A stretch of DNA of 61,019 nucleotides, taken from positions 1 to 61,019 of the IMG/VR virus record IMGVR_UViG_3300031576_000044; one strand, written 5' to 3'. A program made the translations under genes and the position numbers. Source of the stretch: a virus (lineage: Duplodnaviria; Caudoviricetes). This document shows, piece after piece, positions 38,936 through 47,567 of this stretch; within the stretch, counting starts at the first letter, position 1; each line of letters starts with the position of its first letter. A model generated the notes under the pieces. The model was given only the letters and a program-made list of their open reading frames with translations. It was not told the DNA's origin and searched no databases.

Positions 38936-39552
38936 CGGTCGACGAACTGCTTGCCCGCGCGCGCGCCCAGGTCGGGCACAAGGCCCGCAGCCTCCAGGAG
39001 CCGCAGGCTGGAGAGCGTGCGATCTACCAGCTCGGCGCCGGCGCTCTCGACCCCAGCGCCCCACACCCCTGGGGCGAGGGCGAGGACGGCGCCTGCGACT
39101 GCTCGGCGTTCTCCTGCTGGTGCTTGGGCGTCTCGAAGCTGCAGCGCGGCTTCCGCTGGCTCGTACAGCTCAACGGCGGGTGGCTCAACACCGACGGGAT
39201 CTGGACGGACGCGCAGCACGAGAGCGGGTTCTTCGAACGGCTCGAGCGGCCGCTCGTCGGCTGCGCGCTCGTCTACCCGAGCGCCAAGGTCGCGAAGCTC
39301 CCCGGCACCCCACCGATCGGACACGTCGGGATCGTGACCGCGCTCGACGCCCAGGGCCGCGCTGCAAAGGTCATCCACTGCAGCTCGGGCAACTATCGCA
39401 AGACCGGGGACGCCATTCAGGAGACCGACGCCACCGTGTTCAGCCGGGTTGGAGCCACGCTCGCCGCCTGGTGCGCCACCGTCGAGCGTCCCGAGCAGGC
39501 CCGACCCAAGAAGGAGGCTCCATGCAGACCTATCTCCGCGCCCTTGTCCTGA
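38932..39552 (+). CDS. NlpC/P60-CHAP endolysin
   Basis: YQLGAG, CDCSAF.CWCLG, WLNTDGI, GHVGIV, VIHCSSG. Confidence 0.82.
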   Translation: MTVDELLARARAQVGHKARSLQEPQAGERAIYQLGAGALDPSAPHPWGEGEDGACDCSAFSCWCLGVSKLQRGFRWLVQLNGGWLNTDGIWTDAQHESGFFERLERPLVGCALVYPSAKVAKLPGTPPIGHVGIVTALDAQGRAAKVIHCSSGNYRKTGDAIQETDATVFSRVGATLAAWCATVERPEQARPKKEAPCRPISAPLS

Positions 39553-39833
39553 TCCTGGCCGCCGCGCTCGCCGGCTGCAGCGACGAGTCGCCGACCGGAC
39601 CCTTCCCAACCCCGACACCCGCCCCGGGCTGCCCGTTCACTCTCGAGGCCGTGCCCATAGCCGGCGCGGCCGGCTTCTACCACGTCCAGCCCAACCCGGC
39701 CGGGGACTACGTGCTCTTCGTCAACGGCTCGAGCACGTCGCTCGAGTTCGGCGTCATTTTCACCGCGGCGAGCGGAGACGTGATCTCCGGCTGCCGCCCC
39801 TGCGGCTGCACGACCCCCGTCACGCTGCGCTGA
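39522..39833 (+). CDS. Pro-rich lipoprotein
   Basis: Lipobox LAGC; SDESPTGPFPTPTP. Confidence 0.7.
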   Translation: MQTYLRALVLILAAALAGCSDESPTGPFPTPTPAPGCPFTLEAVPIAGAAGFYHVQPNPAGDYVLFVNGSSTSLEFGVIFTAASGDVISGCRPCGCTTPVTLR

Positions 39834-39845
39834 GAGAGGAGGACC

Positions 39846-40133
39846 ATGGTCCGCGCCAAGTTCAGGCTCAACAAGATCGAGACCTCGGAGCACACCAGGT
39901 CGCACCCGACCATCGACGGCAAGTACACGAGCGAGGTCCTCGAACTGCGCACCCTCATCTTCTCGCCCGTCTACAGCAGCGACCCCGAGAGCGAGAACCG
40001 CCACTTCTGGGATGCGACCCCGAGCGGCGAGATCCGGCTCGGCTGCGTGAACCGGGAGGCCTGGGAGAAGTTCCAGCTCGGTCACGAGTACTACCTCGAC
40101 TTCACGCCGGCGCCGGCGATGGCCACCCCATGA
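39846..40133 (+). CDS. Conserved phage hypothetical protein
   Basis: VRAKF...ENRHFWDATPSGEI...GHEYYLDFTPA; strong SD. Confidence 0.75.
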   Translation: MVRAKFRLNKIETSEHTRSHPTIDGKYTSEVLELRTLIFSPVYSSDPESENRHFWDATPSGEIRLGCVNREAWEKFQLGHEYYLDFTPAPAMATP

Positions 40134-40147
40134 AAGGAGAATCCTCA

Positions 40148-40582
40148 ATGAAGTCCCGCCTGCTCCTCACGCTGCTCCTGCCCCTGCTCGTCATCCTCGC
40201 CGCCTGCGACTGCTCCAAGTGGTACGGCAAGTACCGCGCCGGCTACAGCTTCGTCTCGGGCGCGGTCTACGGCGTGCTCGATCCACTTGCCGGCGTCGAC
40301 CCAGGCATCGGAGCCCGCTACAACCCGCTCAAGACGGCGCTCGAGGCCGCGAACAGCCTCATCGACCGGCTCTGCGCGGCCGACCCCGGCGCGAAGGAGC
40401 AGCAGGACCTGGCGGCGGCGATCGCCAACGGGGCCCAGCTCGTGTCCGAGATCGCCAAGGTCTACGGCGACGTCGTGCGGCCGCGCGACCTCGAGGAGGC
40501 CAGGGCCTGGAAGGAGACGGTCGCCGAGATGGAGGGTCTGCAGGCGGAGATCCAGCAGGCGGCCGAGCGAGGCACCAGGTAG
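40148..40582 (+). CDS. Helical lipoprotein (spanin-like candidate)
   Basis: MKSRLLLTLLLPLLVILAAC lipobox; SD AAAGGAG. Confidence 0.7.
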   Translation: MKSRLLLTLLLPLLVILAACDCSKWYGKYRAGYSFVSGAVYGVLDPLAGVDPGIGARYNPLKTALEAANSLIDRLCAADPGAKEQQDLAAAIANGAQLVSEIAKVYGDVVRPRDLEEARAWKETVAEMEGLQAEIQQAAERGTR

Positions 40583-40586
40583 CTCC

Positions 40587-41120
40587 ATGCTGTCGAAGCG
40601 CCCGCGCTCCTGGACCGCCGGCGAGCTCGCCGACCAGGTCGAGGTCCGCGTCGCCGGCGAACGCCGGAAGGTGCCCCGCCGTCTGCTCGACCTGATGGCC
40701 GGGCCACGGCCGCCAGTGGACTGCGAGTCCAACGGCTGCGGGCCGAAGCTCTCGGCGGTGCCGTGCCTGGGGCGCCTCGTCTCCTGGCTCGTGCCCGACG
40801 TGCTTCACGGCTGGCCGATCTGGATCGGATGCCACTGGCACGACTACCACTACGGGCCACACCGCCCGCTCGGAGGAACCTGGGCCTCGCGGCGGCAGGC
40901 CGACTTCCTGCTCGCCCGCAACATCCTGACCGTGATCGCTGAGGCCGGCGTCTGCAGCTGGCCGCGCGCCGCTACGGTGGCCGGGCTCTACTGGCTGGGC
41001 GTCCGCCTCGGCGGGTGGTGCGCGTTCAGCTACGGACCCGGAGAGGCCCCGCGCTCCGCCCTCGAGCGCGTCCGGGAGCGGACCGGGCTTTTCCGTCGCG
41101 CAGTGGGGAGCGTGACCTGA
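40587..41120 (+). CDS. Prokaryotic phospholipase A2-like protein
   Basis: NGCGP, CHWHDYHY (His-Asp), RRQADFLLARN, YWLGVRLGG. Confidence 0.72.
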   Translation: MLSKRPRSWTAGELADQVEVRVAGERRKVPRRLLDLMAGPRPPVDCESNGCGPKLSAVPCLGRLVSWLVPDVLHGWPIWIGCHWHDYHYGPHRPLGGTWASRRQADFLLARNILTVIAEAGVCSWPRAATVAGLYWLGVRLGGWCAFSYGPGEAPRSALERVRERTGLFRRAVGSVT

Positions 41121-42025
41121 TGGGCTGGTTCCGCAACTTCCTGGCGTGGCTGCGGGACGATGACGTCCCCGCGCCGGCACTCGCCTCGTCGCCGTCGCCG
41201 GTGACCGCTGAAGGTCGCCGCCTCACCATCGGCGTCGGCGTCAACGAGTACCTCGGCTCGCCTGAGAACGCGCTCCGCGGCTGCGTCAACGACTCGGTCA
41301 ACGTCCGCCACGAGCTCGAGCAGCGGGGATGGGAGGCACCGGCCGAGCTGCTCTTCGACCACGAGGCGACGAAGCGCCGCACCCTCGAGGTCATTGGCAA
41401 TACCTGCGCGAGCCTGCGCACCGGCGACACGCTGCTCGTCCAGTGGTCGAGCCACGGGACACGTATCCATGATCCGGCGGAGGCCGACGGGCTCCTCGAG
41501 GCGATTTGCCCGACCGACGCCATGGCCGACTGGCCACGGAACCTGGTGACGGTCCTGGACCTCGCCCGGATCTTGCGCGAGCAGGTGGCTCCCGGGGCGC
41601 TGGTGCTCCTCCTGGTCGACGCCTGCCACAGCGGGGTGCGGGGCGCGGATGCGGGCAACTACGCCCGGGCGCTGAACCCGCTCTACCGGCGGGCGCGCGT
41701 CCTCCTGGGGCCCGTGGCGGCCGGCGGGACACGGGTCCGGGGACTCAGCGGCGCTGTCACCGGGCAGGTGGCGACCCCCTGGTCGAGGACGGTGCTCCTG
41801 TCCGGCTGCCGCTCCGACCAGGTCTCGCTCGACACGTGCATCGCCGGCGAGTACCAGGGCGCGATGACCTGGGCGTTCCTGCGCGCGCTGCGCTGGACCC
41901 GGTCCGAGCGGACGCTCCGGGAGCTCCACGTCCACATGCGGCAGATCCTGACGGCGCAGGGGTACGCCCAGGAGCCGCAGCTCCTCGGGTCGCCGCCGCA
42001 GCTCGAGCGCCGGGTGTTCGGATGA
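41120..42025 (+). CDS. Caspase-family (peptidase C14, metacaspase-like) protease
   Basis: GVNEY..LRGCVND, catalytic SSHG and DACHSG, p10-like SGCRSDQVS..GAMT..QEPQL. Confidence 0.92.
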   Translation: MGWFRNFLAWLRDDDVPAPALASSPSPVTAEGRRLTIGVGVNEYLGSPENALRGCVNDSVNVRHELEQRGWEAPAELLFDHEATKRRTLEVIGNTCASLRTGDTLLVQWSSHGTRIHDPAEADGLLEAICPTDAMADWPRNLVTVLDLARILREQVAPGALVLLLVDACHSGVRGADAGNYARALNPLYRRARVLLGPVAAGGTRVRGLSGAVTGQVATPWSRTVLLSGCRSDQVSLDTCIAGEYQGAMTWAFLRALRWTRSERTLRELHVHMRQILTAQGYAQEPQLLGSPPQLERRVFG

Positions 42026-42294
42026 CGCCGGCGACGGTCGCCGCCGCGGACTCCTACCGGGAGCATCTCCGTACGCTGGGCGACGTCGAGCTGGCCAAGG
42101 AGATGCGGCGGTGCCTGGCCGAGGTCGCAGTGGTGCTGCGGGACACCGAGCCAACGGAAGGCCTGGTGCGGAGGTTGCGCGCTTGGCTCGAGGGACGGCG
42201 CCACCTCAATGTCGTGGTGACGCCCACCGGTAGGCCCGCAGTCAGGGCTTTCGTAGAGCGGTGCACAACGCCGCCACGAGCGAATCCGCCCTAG
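42022..42294 (+). CDS. Hypothetical protein
   Basis: ATGA-coupled to the caspase. Confidence 0.5.
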   Translation: MTPATVAAADSYREHLRTLGDVELAKEMRRCLAEVAVVLRDTEPTEGLVRRLRAWLEGRRHLNVVVTPTGRPAVRAFVERCTTPPRANPP

Positions 42295-42768
42295 TCGAGT
42301 CCGCCTGGCGCGCGCTTCTCTCTCGAAAGAACGTAGCGCAGCGCCCAGCCGATGGTCTGGAGCCCACTCCGCACACGTCGCAGCGACCGCAGGAAGTCGC
42401 TGCGTCGCAAGTCCTCGACGCACAGAGGATCGGCGACCCGCACCCGTTGGAGCGGCAGGGCGACACCACCGAAGTCGACGCCGAGGGCCGTCAGCCGATT
42501 GCAGATCTCGTAGAAGAGCCACTCGCGTGCATGCTCGGGAAGGTTGACGACCATCTCCTGGTGCTGTGGCTCGAGCGTCAGGCCTCCACCTATCAGAAGC
42601 TCGTCGGGGTCGTGGGCGCCCTGGCCGACCTCGATGGTTGGTCCATCTGGTGGCTTCGCCATCACCGACCAGGCAGCCGAGGGATTCGACGACGTCAGTG
42701 ATGACGAACTGCTCGGCGCGCAGCCAGGCAAGTACCCTCTCGCGGGTGGCACTGAACCGTTCGTCCAT
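42291..42768 (-). pseudogene. DUF2299-like gene with a frameshift near 42690
   Basis: MDERFSATRERVLAWLRAEQFVITDV in one frame continues as NPSAAWSVMAKPPDGPTIEV...GVDF...FLRSLRRVR in another. Confidence 0.55.
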
Positions 42769-42859
42769 GGTGGAGTTGGTGACGGCGGACGAGAGCTGAA
42801 AGGAGGTCACGTTGGGGCAATTATACCCCTCGACCCGTCCTCTCCAGTTCGCGTCCACC

Positions 42860-43114
42860 CTACGCGGCGTTCTTCGGCTTGGTGCACACCGGCGGGTCGC
42901 AGACCGAGCACGGCGTGTAGCTCTTGGCCGCCTCGCAGAGCTTCATCGCGATCTTCGACTTGGCCAGGTGCCGGCAGCCGTCGGCGTGGTACTTGGAGCC
43001 GGTCTTGGTGACGTAGACGGTGGGCTCGGTTCCCGCGAGGAGTAGCGCCGGTAAAACAAGCAGGAAGACGACTAGAGCAACAGAGCGATTCCGACTTTTT
43101 ACTCCATGCGGCAT
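42860..43114 (-). CDS. Exported small Cys/His metal-binding domain protein (Ada-like, as appended to ComEC/nucleases)
   Basis: Signal peptide; VYVTKTGSKYHADGC...YTPCSVCDPP. Confidence 0.75.
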   Translation of the reverse strand: MPHGVKSRNRSVALVVFLLVLPALLLAGTEPTVYVTKTGSKYHADGCRHLAKSKIAMKLCEAAKSYTPCSVCDPPVCTKPKNAA

Positions 43115-43127
43115 GGTTCCCTCCAGG

Positions 43128-43607
43128 CTAATGTTGGGGCGGCTTGCAGTTCGTGCAAGGACGACGAGCACGCCTCGCCTCATCGAGACTCGTCGACCGT
43201 GCTCCAGGCTTGACGTATTTGCAGTCGTCGAAGTGGTAGGCCTCCCCTTGCAGGTTGACGTAGTAGCGCACCCCTGCCGGGAAGGGCCAGGATTTGGTGA
43301 TGCCCTCCATGGTGATCGCGCCGGCCTGGTCATCGGAGATTCCATACTTCGCGCGCACGGCCGCGAGCCGCTTGTCGGCCAGCCTTTCCTTCAAGTTCGC
43401 CTGCGCTGCGAGGACCTTTCCCATCTCCGCTTTGTTCATCGGGCCACGGCTGAGGTCAGGCGTCGGGATCCGTCCCTCGGCCTCGGCGCCGGCCCTGGCG
43501 CTCGCGGCGTACAGCGCCTGGTAGATCTCGATGCGCTTCGCCTCCGTCACCTCGGCCGCGGTAACCTGGCTGGAAAGGTAGAGCAAGAGAGCCGCAGCCC
43601 TCAACAT
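43128..43607 (-). CDS. Exported protein with the same C-terminal metal-binding domain
   Basis: MLRAAALLLYLSSQVTA; YYVNLQGEAYHFDDC...RPCTNCKPP. Confidence 0.7.
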   Translation of the reverse strand: MLRAAALLLYLSSQVTAAEVTEAKRIEIYQALYAASARAGAEAEGRIPTPDLSRGPMNKAEMGKVLAAQANLKERLADKRLAAVRAKYGISDDQAGAITMEGITKSWPFPAGVRYYVNLQGEAYHFDDCKYVKPGARSTSLDEARRARRPCTNCKPPQH

Positions 43608-44302
43608 AGCGGTCCAGGACAGCGGACGCAGCGCAGACCTCCGTGGCTCGAGCAGGTGCCAGATTGATTCTGCGAGCAGGTGCCCATCCCGTCGTTGCAG
43701 ATGCCGGTCACGTCGCGGCAGCCTTGGAGGCCGCTCGACGGCAGGATGCCGCAGACAGGAAGTCCGGATGGCCCCGGTGTTACGGATGGCGTAGGCGTAG
43801 GTTGCGGCGTTCCTCCCCCAGGGGGCGGAGTTGGGGTAGGCAGTCCGGCGCCAGCCACGATCGCGACCGTGGTCGAGGCTGAAAGCCCACGGCCCCGCGA
43901 GTCGGTTGCGGTGACAGCAATGTCGAGTCGGCCATCAGCTCTCCCGTTGTTGAAGGTGTAGACCAGGCCATCCTGAAGTTGGAAGACGCCACCTGGCGGT
44001 ATGGCGTTGGCGCCCAACGCCAGAAGGTCCGCGGAGGTCAGCGTGATCGAGCCGACGTTGGCCCCGTCGGAGTTGAAGAGGGTCTTCGTGACCGACTGAA
44101 TCGTCGCGCCATCCCCCGTGCTGAGCGTGGCGGTCAGAGTCCAGAGGGCCGCGAAGCTGAAGCCCGCCGTCGGCGAGGCGGTTGCCGAGATTGGGCTCGG
44201 GGTGACGGCGAGGATGAGACTTCCGAGGGGGGAGGTTGGCGACCCACCACCGCCGCAGCCTAGGAGGGAGAGGGCCGCAAGCCCCGCGAAGATGCGTCGC
44301 AT
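43601..44302 (-). CDS. Lipoprotein with C-terminal DUF3761-like domain
   Basis: Lipobox LLGC; Pro/Thr linker; CNDG...SGTCSSHGG. Confidence 0.75.
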   Translation of the reverse strand: MRRIFAGLAALSLLGCGGGGSPTSPLGSLILAVTPSPISATASPTAGFSFAALWTLTATLSTGDGATIQSVTKTLFNSDGANVGSITLTSADLLALGANAIPPGGVFQLQDGLVYTFNNGRADGRLDIAVTATDSRGRGLSASTTVAIVAGAGLPTPTPPPGGGTPQPTPTPSVTPGPSGLPVCGILPSSGLQGCRDVTGICNDGMGTCSQNQSGTCSSHGGLRCVRCPGPLC

Positions 44303-44383
44303 GTATCTCCTTTCAAGTGCGGGGAATGCCCGACCCGCCGCTCTACGGCGGCTGGATCGTTGCGGTTTATCCTTCGGTGAAGT

Positions 44384-44746
44384 TCACTGCGGCACCACGT
44401 CGTAGTAGCAAGCTGGCGACGTGGCCTCGACCGCCCAGACCTCGAGCCGGTATGTGGTCTCGGCGCCAGGCAGATCGTTGTACACGTAGTCCTTGGTGAT
44501 CGAGCAGGTGCCGTCGCGGTAGACCTTGGCCACGCTCTGCCAGGCGGATCCGTTCCAGCGCCTGAGCTGGTAGGATTCCACCGCGGCGGTCTCGTCGTCG
44601 GTTGACCAGGTCGCGCGAATCCCGTCCGCCTCGATGGTGCCGACGAAGCTCGCGGAGACGCCGGCGCAAGTGTCCGTGACGCCGCAGGGGTTCGCAAGCG
44701 CAGGGACGAGCAGGACCGCAAGGATTGCCGAAAGGGTTTGCCTCAT
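44384..44746 (-). CDS. Exported Fn3/Ig-like small protein
   Basis: MRQTLSAILAVLLVPALA; W-S-T..E....YQLRR...Y.Y.D....TYRLE; TGATG-coupled to the repressor. Confidence 0.7.
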   Translation of the reverse strand: MRQTLSAILAVLLVPALANPCGVTDTCAGVSASFVGTIEADGIRATWSTDDETAAVESYQLRRWNGSAWQSVAKVYRDGTCSITKDYVYNDLPGAETTYRLEVWAVEATSPACYYDVVPQ

Positions 44747-45642
44747 CAGGTCTCCTTCTTCGCCCAGGCCGGGTCTGGCCGCCACATCAGCATGAACGCG
44801 TACCCGGCGAGCGGCTTCCTGATCGTAACCCGAGCCTGGCTTCCAGGTGGAGCATCGAGGTGCCAGCTCTCGCAGGAGCCTCGATCGGCCAGATCCTCCT
44901 CGACGATCTCCGCAGCACCAGGAAATGCGGCACGGAACGTCCACTCCGGGGAATGGTAGCCCACCGGGAAGCTCATCGAGATCGTGAAATCCGTCAAGTG
45001 CTGACGCGGGATATAGCTGAACCGCTGGAACGCGGGTTCCGAGGCTGGATCTTGTCGCACCAGGAGGCCGGGAACCGCGCCGCTCACGAGACACCCGACT
45101 CCCGCGGCCGGCCAGGTCCCTCCCTTCGGCTCGATCTCGTGCCAGCGCCATCCGCCGGGACCGTCCGCTGTATGATGCTCGAAGAGGATCGCTGGGTTGT
45201 CGGAGACGACGGCATAGGAGGCGATGGTTGGAATCACCGCGCACTGCGCTGCAAGGATGCGCTCTCGGAATTCGATCTTGGCCTTGTCCCGCAACGGTCT
45301 GGCAGCGGCCCAGTGCCGAGTCAGCAGGGCGGCGCCGCTTGGTTCAACGGTCAGGAAGACGCTTAGGGAGGCGGCCTCCACGGTCAGCTGCTCGCGCTGC
45401 AGGAGCCAAGCCGACTCGAAGTGGTCGTGCCAGTCGACGCTCGCGGAGTGGGCCGGGGGCCCTTCCGCGATCCGGGCCAGTTCGGCCACCACCTCGACGT
45501 CGAGCTCGTGCGGCGGCTTGCGGAGCAGGCGCGAGACGTAGGAGGCGGACTTGCCGAGGCGCCGGGCGACCTCGCGGACCCCGAGAGCGCGGGCCAGCAC
45601 TACGACGTCGGCTGGCTCGATATGGGGAGCGGCGGTGTCCAC
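44746..45642 (-). CDS. Putative immunity repressor: N-terminal HTH plus non-peptidase beta C-domain
   Basis: LGVREVARRLGKSASYVSRLL; divergent from RHH/xis/int. Confidence 0.65.
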   Translation of the reverse strand: MDTAAPHIEPADVVVLARALGVREVARRLGKSASYVSRLLRKPPHELDVEVVAELARIAEGPPAHSASVDWHDHFESAWLLQREQLTVEAASLSVFLTVEPSGAALLTRHWAAARPLRDKAKIEFRERILAAQCAVIPTIASYAVVSDNPAILFEHHTADGPGGWRWHEIEPKGGTWPAAGVGCLVSGAVPGLLVRQDPASEPAFQRFSYIPRQHLTDFTISMSFPVGYHSPEWTFRAAFPGAAEIVEEDLADRGSCESWHLDAPPGSQARVTIRKPLAGYAFMLMWRPDPAWAKKET

Positions 45643-45745
45643 GGGCCCTACTCTAATCCAGGCGGCGAGAACGGTCAAGGTCAGCGGCAGGCAACAGGTA
45701 CGGCACAGGCAGGCAACGACCGCTAGGTAGCGGCTGGAACGCCTC

Positions 45746-45797
45746 GGTGTTGCCGGTGTTACCGAGCGCTGGCATTTCCGGCAACGCCGGCAACACC
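45746..45797. promoter_or_regulatory. 18-bp imperfect inverted repeat built from tandem GGYAACRCC boxes (candidate operator)
   Basis: GGTGTTGCCGGTGTTACC-N16-GGCAACGCCGGCAACACC, 16/18 match. Confidence 0.65.
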
Positions 45798-45835
45798 TGA
45801 CGGGGCAGACCGCGGCACAAAGCAACGCGTGAACG

Positions 45836-45864
45836 TTGACGGCGGTTTGACACCGTGGTACCTT
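45836..45864 (+). promoter_or_regulatory. Sigma70-type promoter, probably giving a leaderless RHH mRNA
   Basis: TTGACG-N17-TACCTT with TGn extension; ATG 7 nt downstream. Confidence 0.65.
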
Positions 45865-45871
45865 TGTGGCC

Positions 45872-46066
45872 ATGGTCGACCAGGCCAAACGCGCGAAGCG
45901 GAGCAAGAAGGCGCTGCGCGACCGGTGGCTAAAGTTCCGGGCGACCGACGACGAGATCGAGCTCGTCAGACGCGGGGCGGCGGCGGAAGACCGGCGCCTC
46001 AGCGACTTCATGCGGGTTGCTGCGAAGGAACGGGCTCGCCAAGCCATCGAAGCCACGCGGAACTAG
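45872..46066 (+). CDS. Ribbon-helix-helix (DUF1778/Arc-like) regulator
   Basis: RDRWLKFRATDDEIELVRRGAAAEDRRLSDFMRVAA. Confidence 0.8.
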   Translation: MVDQAKRAKRSKKALRDRWLKFRATDDEIELVRRGAAAEDRRLSDFMRVAAKERARQAIEATRN

Positions 46067-46119
46067 GCCCCGCCAGCCCGGCCCACAAGCACGTCGAGCG
46101 ATCACCAGATCCTCGCGAC

Positions 46120-46148
46120 TTGACTTGACCCTACGGCGTGGGTACAAT
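46120..46148 (+). promoter_or_regulatory. Near-consensus sigma70 promoter for xis-int
   Basis: TTGACT-N17-TACAAT. Confidence 0.75.
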
Positions 46149-46157
46149 GGGGTCGCA

Positions 46158-46358
46158 ATGGACGGGACGCTCTGGAAGGTTTCCGACGTCGCGGCGTACC
46201 TTGCGGTCTCGGTCGCCTGGGTCTACGAGCGCGTCGAGCGCGGCGACATCCCGCACATGAAGATCGGCGCGCACGTCCGCTTCAAGCGCCAGGAGATCGA
46301 GGGCTGGGCGGAAGAGCACCGCCGGCCGCAGCCCGCCGCATCCGGGGGCTCGCGATGA
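46158..46358 (+). CDS. xis: Excisionase (HTH_17)
   Basis: LWKVSDVAAYLAVSVAWVY...IPHMKIGAHVRF..EIEGW. Confidence 0.85.
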   Translation: MDGTLWKVSDVAAYLAVSVAWVYERVERGDIPHMKIGAHVRFKRQEIEGWAEEHRRPQPAASGGSR

Positions 46359-46394
46359 CTCTAGCTTCCTCGGCGCTGTGGTACCCTGCCCCGC

Positions 46395-47504
46395 GTGGTG
46401 TTCTACAAGCGGGGCAGGACCTGGTACGCGGACCTCGGTCGGCGCAACGGCCGACGCCTGGTCGTCTCGCTGCGAACCACCGAGCGGGAGAAGGCGGAGA
46501 GCCTCTACCTCGAGCTGGCGCGCCAGCGGCGGATCCGCGGCCTCGCCCTCGACGAAGCAATCCTCACCGAGAGGCAGCAGCCCCGGGACCCCGTCACCGT
46601 GGCCGCGGCGATCGCCGACTTCCTGTCCTACTCGCAGAAGCACCACTCTCCGACCACGATCGAGCGCAACCAGCGGATCAGCCGGTCGCACCTGGTCCCG
46701 CAGATGGGAACGCTGGTGCTCGGAGGCATCAGCCTCGAGGCGATCGAGCACTACAAGGCGAAGCGGCTCCACGATGGAGCGAAGCCGGAGACGGTCAACC
46801 GGGAGCTGCAGGTCCTGCGCAAGGCCCTCAACCACCAGGTGGCGCTCGGCAAGATGCCGTCGAACCCGCTCCAGCGGTTCAAGCTCCTGCCGGTCGTCCG
46901 CTCCGAGGTCCCGGTGCACCTGTTGCCGGAGCAATACCGAGCTCTCGTCGAGCTCGCCGAGGAGCCGTTGCGCACCATGATCGTCGTGGCCGTCCAGACC
47001 GGGTTGCGCAAGACGGAGCTGTTCCAGCTGACCTGGACACGGGTCGATCTCCAGCGCCGCTTCATCTTGGTCGACGCCAACGACGGGGAATGGCGGCCGA
47101 AGGGGCGGAAGGCTCGACCGTTACCGCTCAACGAGGAGGCCTACGCCGCGCTCAAGGAGCACCAGGCGCGGACCCGGCTTCGGTCTCGGTACGTCTTCTG
47201 CGGCCGCACAGGCCGCCCGCTTACCACGCTCAAGACCTCCTGGACCACGCTCCGGCGAAAGACCGGCGTGAAGGTGCGCTGGCATGACCTGCGCCACACG
47301 TTCTGCTCGTGGGCGATCCAGGACGGGGTCCCGGTCCAGGCCGTCGCGGAGCTGCTCGGCCATGCCGATCTCCAGATGGTCAAGCGCTACACCCACTTGC
47401 GGCCGGAGCACCTGCGGGCAGCGGTCGACACCGTTGCGCGGGCCAGCAAGCGGGTACATAATGGCGACAGTCGTGAGGCGTCGCCGAAGCCGCCAACCTC
47501 CTGA
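46395..47504 (+). CDS. int: Tyrosine integrase
   Basis: TGLRKTE (R), PKGRK (K), HDLRH, LLGH, RYTH. Confidence 0.95.
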   Translation: MVFYKRGRTWYADLGRRNGRRLVVSLRTTEREKAESLYLELARQRRIRGLALDEAILTERQQPRDPVTVAAAIADFLSYSQKHHSPTTIERNQRISRSHLVPQMGTLVLGGISLEAIEHYKAKRLHDGAKPETVNRELQVLRKALNHQVALGKMPSNPLQRFKLLPVVRSEVPVHLLPEQYRALVELAEEPLRTMIVVAVQTGLRKTELFQLTWTRVDLQRRFILVDANDGEWRPKGRKARPLPLNEEAYAALKEHQARTRLRSRYVFCGRTGRPLTTLKTSWTTLRRKTGVKVRWHDLRHTFCSWAIQDGVPVQAVAELLGHADLQMVKRYTHLRPEHLRAAVDTVARASKRVHNGDSREASPKPPTS

Positions 47505-47519
47505 AGCCCCATCGCACCG

Positions 47520-47567
47520 TGGTAGCAGGGGCGGGACTCGAACCCGCGACCCCGGCATTATGAGTGC
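47520..47567 (-). other. attP core: 3' half of elongator tRNA-Met(CAT) ending in CCA
   Basis: Reverse complement GCACTCATAATGCCGGGGTCGCGGGTTCGAGTCCCGCCCCTGCTACCA; no 5' half; 15 bp from the int stop. Confidence 0.88.

Noticed and set aside
45872-46066. DUF1778 antitoxin of a GNAT toxin-antitoxin pair
   Set aside because: No adjacent acetyltransferase toxin; position fits a Cro/Arc-like regulator
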